Position numbers and translations under genes: made by a program. Below the pieces are notes generated by a model, which saw nothing but the letters and a program-made list of their open reading frames with translations, ran no database searches and had not been told where the DNA came from. A stretch of 64,000 nucleotides of DNA from Leptolyngbyaceae cyanobacterium. Lineage in GTDB: Bacteria; Cyanobacteriota; Cyanobacteriia; Phormidesmidales; Phormidesmidaceae. Positions within the stretch are counted from its first letter, which is position 1. Every line of letters begins with the position of its first letter. The stretch is from assembly GCA_965263355.1 (NCBI GenBank), contig CBDHHL010000056.1, positions 544,001-608,000 on the forward strand, read 5' to 3'. Below are positions 62,200-64,000 of the stretch, piece by piece.

Positions 62200-63411
62200 A
62201 TGAACATTCTATTTCTTGATCAAAGTGGAAAATTAGGCGGCGCGGAATTATCTCTGCTGGATATAGCAACCCATCATCGCGATCGCAGCCTCGTCGGTCT
62301 CTTTCAAGATGGTCCCTTTTGCGAATACCTACAAAACCGCAAGGTGCCTGTGCAGGTTTTAACCAACCAAGCATTACAGGTCCGTAAAGACGGCAATCTG
62401 TTGCAGGCGCTTAACAGCGTAGAACAACTTATCCCCTTAGTAAATCGCGTTGTTCAGCTCAGCCATAACTACGATGTGATCTACGCTAACACTCCTAAAG
62501 CCTTTATCATTGGAGCCATCGCCAGCTATCGCAGCAAACGGCCATTGGTCTATCATCTGCGTGATATTATCTCAGCCGATCATTTTAGTCGTTTTAACCG
62601 CTATCTTTTAATTACCTTAGCCAATGCTTGTTGTAATCTGGTGATTGCTAATTCCAAGGCAACTCGGCAAGCCTTTATCCAAGCTGGAGGACGACCTGAC
62701 CTTGTTAAAGTCATCTACAACGGATTTAATGCAGACACCTATCAGGCAGCCGACACTGATGCTAACAACATTCGTCAGCAGTTAGGGTTAGAAGACAATC
62801 ACTTTGTAGTGGGGCACTTTAGTCGACTGTCTCCCTGGAAAGGGCAGCATGTCTTAATTGACGCCCTCAGCCGCTGTCCTAAAAATGTTGTGGTCCTCCT
62901 GGTTGGGGATGCCCTTTTTGGTGAAGACGAGTATGTTAACCAAATTCATCAGCAGGTCGAGGCGTTAAATCTGCAACATCGGGTTCACTTTCTTGGCTTT
63001 CGTTCCGACATTCCTGCCCTGATGCAGGCTTGTGATTTGATTGCCCATACGTCCACTGCGCCTGAACCCTTTGGTCGAGTCATTATTGAGGGTATGCTTT
63101 GTTGCCGTCCTGTGATTGCCGCAGCAGCAGGCGGTGCTGTTGAGCTAATTGATCATGGTCGTACTGGCTGGCTGACTCCCCCCAATGATGTGCAAAAATT
63201 GACCGCTACTATTACTAACGCCTATCGTCAGCCTGAAATCGCCAGAACAATTGGGCAACAGTCTCAACACCATGCGAAAACATATTTTAATCTTGCTATC
63301 ACGAATGAAAAAATCCTAAACTTGCTTAAACAGATACCGTTACAAAAACGTAAGACAGAGATACTTCTGTCCAATCCTGCCATTTTGAAATTGTTTAACC
63401 TACGTTCCTAA
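62200..63411 (+). CDS. Glycosyltransferase family 4
   Basis: GGAELSL, SRLSPWKGQH, PEPFGRVIIEGM. Confidence 0.92.
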   Translation: MNILFLDQSGKLGGAELSLLDIATHHRDRSLVGLFQDGPFCEYLQNRKVPVQVLTNQALQVRKDGNLLQALNSVEQLIPLVNRVVQLSHNYDVIYANTPKAFIIGAIASYRSKRPLVYHLRDIISADHFSRFNRYLLITLANACCNLVIANSKATRQAFIQAGGRPDLVKVIYNGFNADTYQAADTDANNIRQQLGLEDNHFVVGHFSRLSPWKGQHVLIDALSRCPKNVVVLLVGDALFGEDEYVNQIHQQVEALNLQHRVHFLGFRSDIPALMQACDLIAHTSTAPEPFGRVIIEGMLCCRPVIAAAAGGAVELIDHGRTGWLTPPNDVQKLTATITNAYRQPEIARTIGQQSQHHAKTYFNLAITNEKILNLLKQIPLQKRKTEILLSNPAILKLFNLRS

Positions 63412-63638
63412 ATACGTGGGGTGAGCCACACCTATTTTTAGTGTATGAAATAGGTGATTCGAGAAGTTTGTTCTCAATGGCCATATTACAGCCCACCGTA
63501 CTGAGTTTTTCCAATAGGCTTAAATTGGGGTACGGCGAGGACAATTGTATCTGTATCCCGAACTCTTTTTTACTGAAGATTTAGGAGGTGAAATTGTGAC
63601 CATGAAACTATTGTTTAATAAGGCATTACTGAATAGAG

Positions 63639-64000
63639 TTACCAAAACCCATTCAGGCTGAGAACAAACTCAGGCAAAATAGGATCTCCTGATAGTTGAT
63701 TCGGTTGTTCCAAAACCTCTTTTGGACTGTTAGAACGATAAATTTCAACCTGTTTCGCCTTGCGATTTAACAACCAGCCTAGCCTTACGCCATTCTCCAT
63801 ATACTCCTGCATTTTCGCTTGTGCCTCAGTCAAGCTATCCGTCAGCGACATCAACTCCAATACAAAATCTGGTGCTAACGGCGGAAATTTCTCCCGTTGT
63901 TGAGGGGTTAGGGAGTCCCATCGCTCCTGTTTAACCCAAGCAACATCGGGGGATCGATCCGCTCCATTCGGCAAATGAAAGCCCGTAGATGAGTCAAACA
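63639..64000 (-). CDS. Uma2-family endonuclease-fold protein, C-terminal part
   Basis: FDSSTGFHLPNGADRSPDVAW, PDFVLELMS, KMQEYMENGVRLGWL; start lies outside the window. Confidence 0.92.
   Translation of the reverse strand, partial: FDSSTGFHLPNGADRSPDVAWVKQERWDSLTPQQREKFPPLAPDFVLELMSLTDSLTEAQAKMQEYMENGVRLGWLLNRKAKQVEIYRSNSPKEVLEQPNQLSGDPILPEFVLSLNGFW

Noticed and set aside
1710..62374. Remaining short antisense or nested ORFs in the six-frame track
   Set aside because: They overlap well-supported genes and show no recognisable motifs
63639..64000. Uma2 gene as a defence system
   Set aside because: Uma2 paralogs are abundant in cyanobacteria and no partner genes are visible

Overview
Cyanobacterial chromosomal segment (frequent HIP1 GCGATCGC octamers, PEP-CTERM proteins, Uma2, HepA/HepC-like genes; probably a filamentous Leptolyngbya-like strain, which is an inference). 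1-8.6 kb: co-oriented minus-strand cluster of a condensation-less NRPS-like enzyme (A-NMT-T-R, pocket predicting a basic amino acid), an NNMT/PNMT-family methyltransferase, a dCache hybrid histidine kinase whose carboxylate-binding Arg is replaced by Asp, and a receiver protein. This is the best candidate for an undescribed system: synthesis plus sensing of a methylated amine signal. 10-13.5 kb: secreted protein with five CHRD domains and RTX repeats. 14-41 kb: accessory mosaic with a putative AraC regulon marked by a thrice-repeated promoter element, two Rieske-fused enzymes (glutamate-synthase-like FMN protein and ThDP oxidase), a copper chaperone/ATPase operon with a MerR-type operator, three PEP-CTERM genes, MITE/REP elements and at least seven pseudogenes. 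42-63.4 kb: sulfated exopolysaccharide cluster (wza, wzc, hepC/hepA-like, four sulfotransferases, eight glycosyltransferases, Wzy-like protein). No rRNA, tRNA or CRISPR array seen. All family calls are by motif recognition; no database search was run.
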